From: Spirogloea muscicola
Taxonomy: Eukaryota
Direction: 5' to 3'
Assembly: GCA_009602725.1 (NCBI GenBank)
Contig: WELB01000024.1
Span: 133,173-173,362 of the forward strand
DNA: 40,190 nucleotides
This document shows, in pieces, positions 11,701 to 25,194 of the stretch. Every line of letters starts with the position of its first letter. The stretch's first letter is position 1. The notes below the pieces were generated by a model, which did not search any database, was not told the DNA's origin, and saw only the letters and a program-made list of their open reading frames with translations. The translations under genes were made by a program, and so were the position numbers.

Positions 11701-13552
11701 AAAGTTGTGGAGAACATCCTGCAAGCAGCTGGCAAGGCCAGCAGTGACTCTCCGCACTCCAGGCTGGAGTGCTTTGCACGGGCAAAGGCACAATACACTG
11801 CTACCGAAATATGAGATGGTCAATCCCCGTGCCTTGCATGCTCGTAGTTCCTGGCTCTCTGGATGTGAAGGTGCCTGATGTTGCTCCGCTTTGTGGTCCC
11901 TGCTGGCCTTAAACATGGCGCGCGCTTGGCTGGCTATTCAAGCGCAGCGGCACATTCTGATCTGGCACTACATGGTGAGACCAGCAGGCCTGACCTGCAG
12001 TCTACGCGTAAGACAACCAGGTCACATGAGCACGCATGCCAGAATTGATGTCATGGTACTTCCATAGGTCCCGGTGCTTTTGTCAGTCTTGCTGCTGGCA
12101 TTTGACATGACAATCCTTCACATCAAGTGAACATGGAGATTGACAACTCAATCTTGTCACTCAGGATTGATCAAGCTCGCCGAACCTGCCGTGTCCAAAG
12201 CCAGAGGCACGGCAAAAGGTGAGTTGCTTGTTGCGACGTGACAAGCAACTTGCTATTGTGTGGAAAGAGAGGCACTGCTAGTTGAATTGACATGCATCAT
12301 CCATCAAAAGTCTGACATTTTTTGCCCAGCTTTGTGCCTGTGATGCGGTGGGCATGTAGTGCTGGCCATAGCATTTTGAAGAGCTACAGAGGATGTAAAG
12401 AAGAACACCTGCACATATGGTCATATCTTATGTGGCACTGCTTGCTTGATGACCATGCGCTTGAGAAAGTTGCGGCTGGTGCCCTACTACCTTATCATTT
12501 AAAAGGTCAAGAATGCAAGAAGTCAAAGCTGGAGGGGCTACACTTGCTTTCATGAGTGTGCATTTGCAGCAGCTACTCTCATTTTGGCACGGAGCAAGCA
12601 GCCATGCAATAACGTGCCACTGTGTCTGGTTTCTCAGCAGGCCCAGGCCAGAGGTCATGGTTCTTAATTGTTGCATAAGAAACTGCATGAGGGCAATCTG
12701 CAGCACTGTTTGTGTGAGTCATTGTATGTCAATTTCCTTGTCTAGTCCAGCATGCACGTATTTGATGTTTCTGAAGACATTCTTCGCAAGTATGTCCTGT
12801 AGAGAGATATATTTGAGTTTGTCACTCATGGGGCAAGGCGTTTCACTAGTGTGCAAGCTCGGTTGTTGCGTGTGTTACTCTGCATCAGAGTACAACTGTG
12901 TGATCACATCTCCGGCTGGCCGCTAGCTGGATGTAAGCGCATACAGAAGCCGGAAAGTTGAGGTACTGTTGAGGCAAAACGAAGCAGGGTGCAAATTTCC
13001 GGCTGGCAATACGGAGACAGGCAACGCACATTGGCAATGTGGATTGGATTGATTTGCATTGCCTGTCAGATAGCTGAATGTGCAAAATGGTGCCAGATTT
13101 GCCAGCCGCATTTTAAGTTTAAGCTGGAGCCTGCTGGTGGGACGACGAGGTGAGAACAGTTTTTTAATTGATGGCGGAGTAAGAGTCAGCAGGCAAGTAT
13201 GCAGCTGGTAGGTCTGCACAGGACTTGGCAACTGACAAGTGTACAGTTGGGCGAGCAGTGGCAAGCTTAAGCTGATCCAAGCAAGAGCCTCATGCCAAAC
13301 CCTGACCCAGTGAGCCCCAGTCAGCAGCTGGAGGTTGGACAAAGCAGCAGCAGGACTATGAGTTACCAGCTGCTCAAAGTCTAGTACTTTGCTGTGATGA
13401 ATTACAAACAGCCTGCGTTCAGCAACAGCTACAGTAGTAAGTTGCACACATCAGCACGAGCATCATTACTTGAGTGATTGAAGGCCACAGCGGCGCAAGC
13501 ACCAATAGGAAGGAAGTTTGATTGATAGCTTCTACGTTGAAAGGAAACGAAT

Positions 13553-13589
13553 GGCTGTGAGAGGCCAGCCCCAAGAGGTATGAACAAGG
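13553..13589 (-). repeat. Solo 3'-terminal fragment of retroelement family B (GGCTG...CAGCC hairpin)
   Basis: The reverse complement ccttgttcatacctcttggggctggcctctcacagcc aligns with 8457-8493 and 35060-35095. Confidence 0.6.
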
Positions 13590-13777
13590 AGATGCAAGCA
13601 TACTTGCAACTGTAAGGTAGCGCCACGACGAATGCTCGGCGCGCCGCCTGCCTCGTTCATGTCACGACTGTGTTCAAGCGGCCAAAGGCTACGTGAAATT
13701 AATCGTCGAGAGCTCTTACTACCCGCTTGGACACCTCGCGCCCCTCGGGCCCCTCCCTCGCGCTCTCGGGCGGATGC

Positions 13778-16700
13778 ATGGCGGCTGCGACGTCGCCATG
13801 GCGGCGGCAGCGCCAGCGGGCGCGACGCCGGCTCGCGTGAGGCTTGACTTCACGAGCGGGGCGGGTCGGATTGGCGACGGTGTCCAGAGTGGCCGGCGTT
13901 TGCACTACGTCCCTCATGGCGCCGGTCCAGTTACGGCCGACGGCGACGGCTCCGCTCTGCACGGCGCAGCTGCCGGCGTCGCTGATGCTCGGACGCCTCC
14001 TGGTGGGGCTGCTTTTTCGGACGCCATGCCTGGAGCAGAGCTGCCGAGAGCTTCTGATTGTCATGACTATGGAAGAGCCGAACGTCGAGGCGAGACAGAC
14101 TGGATGTGGGAGGACGAGGACGAAGACTGGGACGAGCCTGGCAACGGCAGAGATTTCAGGAGAGCCGATGGTGCGCTCTCGCTTGTTGCCAGTAGCGACG
14201 ATGCTGCAGGAAAGCAGGTGCCTGCAGGTGGCGATGAATATCTTGAGCCTCTATCGCTGACGGACTACGAGGTGTACGACCTCCTGCTATCCTGCCGTGA
14301 GACCGTCATTGGCATCCAGTTGGATGACGAAGCTCTAGCCCTCAAACGGAGGTAAAGTATGTGCCTGCACACACCCCCTTTCATCTCTGTCAAGTGATGG
14401 CCTATGACATTATTGACAGTGGGGCAGGCCTTGATTACCTGCCAGCGTGGAGGTCCTGCAAGCTTCAACGTGCCCATTTGACTTGCAGGCGTTGCTGCTG
14501 ACTGGGAGGTTCATGGCACCAGGTTGCTGCAGTGGGAGTGGCCAAGGGGCTGCCTGGTGCCGGGTGTGAGGAGGTTCTGCGCCGACAGGGGGTGAGTCAA
14601 GCAGCTGAGCTTCTCCAAGCTCTGAGATTCTTGAGTAACAATGCTGAATCATGTCTACCACGGGTCTGATTCACTTAAAGCGTTTTTGCAAGCAGGCCAG
14701 AGCTCCTGGGTCATTCTCATTATAAGTGATTGACGATGCAGATGTATGTCTGAGCTGGATCAGCGGGACAATGAGGAGGTGCGCACTTAGTACACCACCT
14801 GATATATGTCCCAGTATCGTCTCTATGCACATAGTCAATGTAGTAGGAGCTTCTCTATCTGCAGCCGCTTTCTCTATCTGCAACAAGCTTGTGAAGAGTC
14901 GCGTACTCTCGGACTGGCAGCCTCTTGCACATCTCTTCCTTGGGGGATATGGTACGGGTTTGTAGTAATTCCTAGCATGCTAGCTGTGGAGTGCTTCCTA
15001 GCATGCAACCAACTTAAGGTGCTTCTGATGGCTTTGTAACAGGTTGACGAAGTGGCAGCGGTCATCCGCCAGTGTGTCATGAAGCTGCAGGGTCAGAAAA
15101 GGGGTTGCAAGTCCCCTGACAATGGTGGTTCACCCCAATCTGCAGAGCCTGACCAACTAGTGGAGAACATACATGATAGAGGCATCCATGAGCTGCGAGC
15201 TTGGTCAGAGCTCGGCCTTGGTCCAGAAAGCAGGTTGCAAAGAGGAACGCCACCACCACCCGCTCAGCTGCCCCATCCGCTTGAGCAAGGAGTCACGATG
15301 TCGTGCTGCTCTCCAGTGACTGGGCATAATCCCCAGGAGAGGAAGTGGAAACAGTCGCACAGAAGCATAAACAGAGAGGAGCTGCAAGGTCAGGAGGCAT
15401 TCTGGAATGAGCGCGGCCTTCAGTGCAGGGAGATGGCAAGAAGTGCTGCTGGGCGGGAGAGCAAGGCATCCTGGCGCAACCAGCAGGCACAGCGGCGGGC
15501 AGTAGACACTATTGAGGAGGAACTCTTGGCTATTGCAGACGGGCAGCGTGATGCTAGTTATACTAGCCCAGCTCTAGAAAGAGCCCACAAAATACAAGAA
15601 CTTGCAAGTGTGGCATGCAGCAAGGCCAGCGCAGCTACCAAGGCCGCTGAAGAGGCAGCAGAGCTTGCTGATGTTGCTTGTGCTGCAGCATACAGAGCCA
15701 CAAAGGCTCTGGCGCGGTTGGGCAGCTTGTTGAGGAAGCCAAAGCTGCGAAAACGACGAGGTCGTGTACAACAGGATCAGGTCACAGGAAGCGAACCCCC
15801 TCAAGCAGGGGAAGAACAAGAGTGCCAGTTGCTGGAGAGTACCCTTCGGCTCAGCAGTCAAGTAAATAAGTGGCTGTCCACAAGATGCATAAGTAGTGGA
15901 AATTTTGCAGATATTGAGGCCAGATATGTTTCTGTCGACAATACTGGTCTCTGGGAGACAGCCTCGCAGGAGATATTGAAGGGTGACAATCAGTATCTTG
16001 ATCATGTCAACATGCTGGAGATGGCTTACGCAGAGTCCACCTCTGTGCATGAGATGGATTTGAACAATACATCATCAGTACCTCTACACATTGCCTCCAG
16101 TGACACAAGGGCAAGCTTGCTGGAGTCTTTCTCAGGAGCCAGGTATAGCAAGACCGAAAAGGAGCAGCAGGCAGTTGCAGATGAGGCTGCGCTGCTAGCT
16201 TTTCACCTTGTTGGCTATGCCCTGGAAAAGAAAGCAAGACGACTGGGGAAGCTCCTATCAGCACAAGTGTCTGCATTCCTCTGCAGTCAAACGAGTGCAG
16301 CTCCTGCAGGTGAGGGCTCTTTTCAGCTGCTCATTGTGACATCCACTGGTTGCCATTATAAGCCAGCATAAAGCATCTCACAATACCAGCAGCATTGTCA
16401 CTCTCATTGTTTTCAGAAGGTGGTTGAGTTATCTAAGTCTCCTTTCACCGTCTTGCATCGGCATAGTTTGCTGAATGTTTCACAGTACATCAAGCTCATA
16501 TCTTAAGCAAGAGCTGAACAAAGTTCTTGCTTTGCAGGCCACCTTCACGTTTCGAGTGTCGATGACAGCCTACCAGATGATATGTTGATTCTTAGTCTTC
16601 TAGAGAAATTTCCACAAATATCGAAGAGGTGAGCAAGGGGCTGAGTGCCCATAGGGTGGCATGGACAGTCATTTCAGGGAGTCCAAGAGCTTGCATAGCA

Positions 16701-16844
16701 CAAGAATGACTTAGCTCGTCGACATCTCCAGTGACTGCATTGTGCACATCTTGTTGCAGGTGGATAGCACTTACTTGCTTGCCTATGTCCTGTGCTGCTG
16801 CAGAGCTCTACAAGCTATCCGTGAAATCGTTGTCAAGAATGTGA
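13778..16844 (+). CDS. Uncharacterised protein with acidic N-terminal segment and central Ala-rich coiled coil
   Basis: Phase-consistent model: 13778 (or 13798)-14351, 14742-14778, 15043-16309, 16538-16628, 16760-16844 (TGA). The long central exon is open for more than 420 codons. No family recognised. Confidence 0.6.
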
Positions 16845-17601
16845 CGATCAGCTAAGCTTGACAGTTTGGGTGCATAATCTGGGTGAAACGCTTGCTTCAG
16901 GTCTACTTCAGGTCATCATAGATAGATTATGTTGCAGGAGGCGTACTTTCAGAGTACCCATAGAACTCGAGCCTAGCTAGGAATGTCATCAACGATGAGC
17001 ATGCCAGCCATCATTTTTGGACACGTGAAAGGAGCCTCTGATCATCCCTACACTGGAGCACTGTTGACATGCCTGGCTGGGCCCAAGAAAGTCAACGAGT
17101 GCTTAATGCTCTGAGACCTGACCTTGTGTAGAGCATTTTGAAACTACAGCACAGTGCCACATAGGAAAGATGCGTAAGAACCCGCTCAAAAGATTACATT
17201 CAAATTTCATTGTACATTTGTGCAGTCAAAGTCTGACCGGCACATTGCTATCAAACTTACTGCACTAGTATGAGTTGGCTTTGGTGGAGGCAAAGATATT
17301 TTCCAACTTCTAGCATGGGCTTCACATAGGTTGCGAAGTTGCACGGGGTGCAGCCCAGCAGGGCATATGACACTCCCAGTGATGCTCAAGTTGTCAACGG
17401 CTTGCAGTCATTATTGCTCTAAGCAACAACACATTCAAGCAGGTGTTAAGGTGCCCCCACCACATAGTCTTCTGGTGCCAATTGGAATGGTACGTAGGCA
17501 GGGACGCCACTATAAATTCTTACCAGACTTACTAAGTTGTAAAGGGCAGCCCGCAGGCAGTGTGATATTAGTTGGCCTTAAAGGACAGCGTGACTTGCAA
17601 C

Positions 17602-19250
<1,649 letters not shown>

Positions 19251-19565
19251 GGGCCTTCTCCGCCTGAGCCCCCACCACGCCGAGCTGGGGGCCGCCTCAC
19301 GCGCTCACGGGGGCAGCCTCGTCTCACGACAGTGCCTCGGGCAGCCGGACGAAGCTGCCGCTCTCCGGCGCGCCGCCTTGATGTCCGTGCAGCGCCGCCG
19401 CTGGCGACTCGTGCGCGAGGAGGACAACACAGCAACCCGGGAGCACGTTCGTCACTCCATAGCTACTTGAGCTCTCTGCTGTACGAGCAGCACATCTGGT
19501 GGTGCGGAGCAGCCTCAAGTAGTTGGTTGGCGCTGAAACAAACAGACGTGAAGGAGGTCGCAGTC

Positions 19566-22500
19566 ATGATCGAGCTGAAGGCTGCCGCGGCAGCTGCGCT
19601 GCTGCTCGCTCAGCGTTGGTACCTGGTCCAGGCTATCGTCATCGCAAAGAGTGACATCACCGAGTGCGTGGTGCAAGGCCCAAATGGAGAGGGGAACTCG
19701 CGGCAGGGAATCAGTCCAGCGCCGGCGCCTGCTCCCTCACATAGGCCGACGGGAAGGTCCAGTCCTAATTCTTCGATGGCGACCATGGACTGCCAGAAGA
19801 AGGTGGTTATCAGTATTACAGTCTCCAATGGCCAGGTATGTTGCAGCGAAAATCTCGTCGAGGGAAGAGTCCTCATGCGGCGATAATCGTCAATTTCAAT
19901 GTGGACATTCTTGGAGGTTTTCTTGGAAGCATAAGCAGCGGGGAAATGTCACCCGAGCTGCTTCTAATACGTTGAAAAGCATCACCCAAGATGCGGGTGA
20001 GCACCTGCGATGCATGCGCTGCCTGGATGCACAAGCCAATTCTGCAACATAGCCGCACTGAGGACTTTTGGTCGTTGACAGACGGAAGCAGCCCAAGCCT
20101 TGGAGGCCGTTGTCTCTTCCGTCCAAGATGGAAATGGGACCTCGCACAAGCTGGCAGAACCCCTCATGATCACCATAACCAAGTCTCCAGTGTACGCAGT
20201 CTACCCTCTTACTTACATTCAGGTGGGTAAGGATTTGCTCGGGCACAACGAAGAAATTCTTTCCAAGCAAGCTCTCTTGCTTCAGCAGCCATAAGCCGCT
20301 TGACTTGAGCATACCCTCAATCCGACAAGATAAATCTGCTATTACTCAAGGCAGACATACTCACTGAAGTCGAACAATGTAGCAGGCAAACATGCTCTGA
20401 AATATGTACAGTCGAAAGAAGCAAGTGACCTCTGCCTTGAGCAGACATGGCTGCGCCGCAGCACTTCGTGCGTGCTTCAATGGTGTGCTTGTGGAAGTGC
20501 ACGCCCTGGTCTGACCACGGTATCCCTGCAACTCTTCTGTGGCAGTCCTTCAATGGCAAGCCATATGAGGAGGTGGTACTAACAAAGCATTGCGATGATG
20601 GTGACTCAGCCAGCAAGCCCACCTGTGGGTGGTTCCTCGATCCAGATGGTTCTCATGTCTATGCTAGCCAGGTGAGTGTACTGATTATGCCTTTTCCGTA
20701 GTGGGAAGCATGTGATTGTAGAAGAGGCTCACTTACTCCACTGCAGATTTCAGTAATCCTGACCACAGGTCTGCAATTCAATAGGGATTTTGCATATGAC
20801 ATTTGGTAGTGTAATAATAGCTGACATAAGGCGTGGCATGACATTTGAAGTGCATGCGTTTCTTCAGCACTACTGTCTTTGACGCGTCCTTGGAAGTCAA
20901 AATTTCAGGGCTTTTGCTGTAAATGTGGGGCCGATAGTGCATTCGACCAGTCTATTTTGGGCTCCAGTGGTGGCAGTTACCGAGCGCACCTGGACTGTAG
21001 TCTTTGGAGCCAAGGTTTCTTGTCTTACATCTCCTAAGATTGTTTCAAACACACGAAAACCTCCTCTTAAGTAGCTGTGCATATGGTAAAGCGGATAGCA
21101 GAGCGGCGGTGTTAATCAAGGGAGAATGAGCTATGCTCAGCGAGTAGTCAGGCCATTATTACCTTTATTGAACGAGTGACATGATAGCAATTTTGCAGAT
21201 TTGTATGTTTTGCAGGTCTTTTCTTAGGTGGGATACCAGCTAGTGCCCACTGCCTTCGCTTCTCTAACACCTGGTAAGAAAACAGCGAAATCCAGATGTG
21301 GCACTTGCTCGGTTGGTGCTAAGTCATTTGCTGAGATATGAGTACAGTAATCGGTGCGTCACAGCAGCGTGTGCAATTTCTCAAGCTGCTTCAAGCACAT
21401 GAAGAGCTCCAAACATAAGTACAGGTCATGCTCATGTACAGGAGCCTGTGACATCTGTCCTTATCTTATGACGTACTATCTGCTAAGCAGCAGCATGCCT
21501 ATTGCCTCAAAGGTATCCGACTTATGAGATTGGCCCTGCTACACTGGAGTTCCAATTACAAATCACAACAGCGAAGGTTGACGACGAGAGAACATCAGCA
21601 GTATGTCCCTACAAACTTCCCCTGGTGTAATATTGTATTTGATGGTCGAGGGCTGGGCATGTGCTCCCTACATCAATATCCTGGTGCTGATCACAGATAT
21701 TGCCACTTGCCCGGCCTTCCCGACTCATTTGTCTTTCTCTCTTTATGTCCTCCAAGGAGGTGCTGACACTGAGTGCGAGCTCGCCAGTGGCCCTGAATAA
21801 GGACCGCACTATTAGCGCAACTCTTATCGGCGACTTCATCACCTACACGCAGCTTCCTGTCCTCGCATCATACTACCTCTCAGTCCCTCAGGTGAGGTGG
21901 CGCTTGATACACGAGCATGCAGCGCTTGCAACTGCCTGGAAGACCTATTCAAGCAGATGCTGACAATTACATCATCACATTCGCATCATCTCATACTTAG
22001 ACAGAAGATACTGGCAAAGCTAAATCATGGCCCCCATATTTTAGTACTTCGAACTGAGACAGCATGGCACACTGCCGCTACACAGATGGTGGGTGTCAGC
22101 CCTGGCAACCTAACTACGAGTGTGACTGGGTGGTTGCTTCTCGACAAGTCTGTCTATACTCTTGATGGTTCTGAATGTAACAAAGTCGGGAGCAGCTTTG
22201 CTGCCTTCCGTTATGAAGCGTCTCGATGTCAGAAGCAGGTTGGGAGCTGCCTGGCTAATCAGCTGGCGGACTACACTAAGGCAAGTATAACAACCTGCAA
22301 CGGCAAACCCTGGAGGTTTGTTGCCACCTTAATGGCGCTACATCATTGCATGTTACTCGACGTTGGCTCTGCAGGCTGATGCCGATAGGGTAAGCCGGGG
22401 AGGTACCCCGCTGTATGCCCTCACAGCCATGGGAGCAGTGTCGCCATACATTGCTGTAAGTGGGCTGGTCCACCACCATTTAGGCTTGACGTATGTAGAA

Positions 22501-24795
22501 GCTTGTGTACAGCCTTCTGGGCCGCCGATTGTCGATCCTGCCGTGCAAATCAAGCGGTGGCTTTATCAGGGCCTCCTGATCAGCAAGGATCTGCCCTCAC
22601 CGTGTTGTGATTTCCATTTGTGTACCAGGGTGATGGTAACCTCAGCATAGCAATAGTAGTGGATCAAATATTGAACTCCCTAGTCACTTTGGAACTCAAC
22701 GCCGATAACATCACTTACCTTGTCAACAAGTACGTAAGAAAGAAGTTCTAGACCATCAGTGTGCTGTTATGCCTCCTTCATTTTGCAATGATAAAGCTGA
22801 TATTATTTCACAGCCTGCTTATGACTTGCTAGTTCTCGTCACCTGGGCTTGGCTGCAGATCTCCCGGTCAGATACTCAATGCAACGCTCCCAGATTTTGA
22901 GGCACTCTCTAGCTCCGGGAAGATGATCGTCCTTGTTCGCAATACAGGAAGCATTGTGGCTGACTACATCGTCTCTGTACGTCTTACTCGTTGATGGCAG
23001 CCTCATGCTAGAACAATTACAACCACGACCATGCAATACATATATGCCTGTCTAGCCACATGTGTTAAGCTACACCTGTTTATATCATAGTTTTCTAGCT
23101 ACATCAAACTTCGCTGCTGGGTCATCAGATTCTGATTAAGCTGCAACCTAAGTATCATAAGTGACCAGCCCCACCATCCAAGGCAGCAGAGCTGATAAGA
23201 TGCTGTCCACGTTCTTGCACCTAAACCAGGGTGGTGTTTGTTTTACAGATTCAAAATTGCTCTGAAGGGATTGCTCCAGTTCTTGTGAGTATCACCAACT
23301 AACTCGACGGCTTGAAGCGGTTCTGCAGATCTGCCTGTAGAAAGTCAGGTTCATGAAAATATTGTTCACTGCAACATCGGTGTCGCCTGCGAGGCACTCA
23401 ACACCGATCTTCCTGACTTCTTCTTCCGTTGTTGTGCTTCTCATCATCAAGGCACAAGAGACTTCAGTTTTGCCACAAACGACCAAGACTCTCTTATTTG
23501 ATATAAAGACTCAGGATGGACGGGAGGCTGTGCGCCAATGCCTTGGTGAGTGCCGAGCAAGCACTGCAAACTGCACCACTTGATCACCATGAATGCTTGC
23601 TGGGTTATACAGTATAAGAAGTAGGAAATATGTCCAACCTCACCAATCCAGCCAACAGCCTCACCAGTGTCCTGCCAAGTTAGTGCCACACAAGGCATGC
23701 AGCAGCAGTGTACACCACTTTCTACAAAATGTGGTGCTCACGAATGATTATGTCATGAAGTCCAAGAGATGAGGCTGCTGAAGGCTACTTCATAACCTCT
23801 AGGACCTGTGCGTTGTACAGTCAAACTCTATGATTCCACCAACCTCCTCATTGACACGCACAACATCACATTTCACACAAATGCAACAGTGGACATGCGT
23901 GGCAGCCAGGTCTCAATCCATTCACAATATCCCCGTGCTTTGCCAAGCAGTGCTGTGGTATGGTTGGGTTGCTGCTTTGTCACTACAGTGACAGCCTGCC
24001 CGGCTGTGAGTAGGGAGGACAATCGGATGGAACGCGACTGCACAACACCACCTCATTCTCCATCCACAAGTCATCCTGCCAGTGAGTATCAGGGGTTTGC
24101 CATACCATCTTGAATGTTCCCCGCGGCATGCTGACTGTGGCGTATCTCGCATGCTGGAGAGGCTGTTATCATAGAGCAAAATCTATGCTGAGGTCAGACG
24201 CTGCCTTGCCAACACCTGTCTCTCCTAATTGCTGAATGCTATTTGCAGCAATTGCCCTCTCATTTTCAATGTGGCCTGCCTGGTGGCCAACCACTGCTGG
24301 GTTAGCGTGGGCAAGCTGGTTGGGAGCTTGCTGGGTGTCCTTGCAGTTGGAGCTTTAGGTGAGATACAGTATGGAACCCACATGAGATCCCTGTGAAGTA
24401 ATCACACCAGGCTCATAAGTTGGGAGACAAGGTTTAGGGTTCAGTCTCACTCCGCCAAAACGACTTCACGATGATGATCATGGACACTATCAAGGCTCCT
24501 AGTGCGCTGAGAGACACCAATCAGGCTCCTCCACGTGACAAGCTCGGCCCTCTTCGCTGTTTAGACCAGGAATGCGCGCCGGCAGTCTCCACTAGAGTGG
24601 CAAATGGACAAATCCATGACACATCAGCGTTTGTGTGCAGTAATTCTGGCGTTTTGTCTGCTGCACAATGCTGGACTGCTTGGTCCGCTGGTTGTTTCGG
24701 CAGCCACAGGTTGTGGCCTGTTCAACCGAGCGCGGGTGGCACGCAAGTCAAAGGCTGCGGACAAAAGGTCCAGCGAAGCAGCTGCTGCAAACTAG
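19566..24795 (+). CDS. HAP2: HAP2/GCS1 gamete membrane fusogen (class II fusion fold), ~656 aa, 17 exons
   Basis: Exons 19566-19835, 20082-20222, 20546-20671, 20909-21014, 21216-21273, 21513-21600, 21757-21891, 22086-22280 (GC donor), 22375-22455, 22629-22729, 22859-22976, 23249-23284, 23452-23545, 23821-23909, 24014-24081, 24249-24358, 24641-24795 total 1971 nt in frame. Signal peptide, CQKKVV, KPYEEV, PTCGW, SQGFCCKC, SAHCLRF, LDGSECNKVG...CQKQVGSCLANQL, SLVTLELNAD, SPGQI, FEALS, NTGSIVADY, Cys-rich stem and TM. Confidence 0.95.
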
Positions 24796-25194
24796 TCCGC
24801 CAACTTAGCAGGGAAGACATCAGCCCAGAGGTAAAGTAGCTTACTCCAAGTGATGTAAGTGGAGCTTACTCCAATGTGCAGTATGGAAGGTCCATCAGGG
24901 CCCAGCCAATACACAGGTCTGACATTTTCTTTTTCATTGCTACTCCATGCTTTCGCTTCATTCTTTACCTCCGTTAGTCCTACTCTTGCCATATTGAAGA
25001 GTGCACCTAAGTGGCCACTCTCCTTGAGCAATCTCCACGCATTCTTTGGTAAAGGCTTCCTCTTCCTGACACAGTCTGACTACCTGCATGACTCGAATTT
25101 TGTCCTATTGTGCTCAATAGATAGACTCTTGATATCCCTGTTGAGTACATAATCAAATCGAAAAATATGATTTGTAGGCCAGCAAACTGTAGTA

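Noticed and set aside
12300..13450. Possible minus-strand exons (e.g. DILAKNVFRNIKYVHAGLDKEIDIQ*, CPHAVSYATIKNHDLWPGPAEKP)
   Set aside because: No start, consistent splice path or recognisable motif could be assembled.
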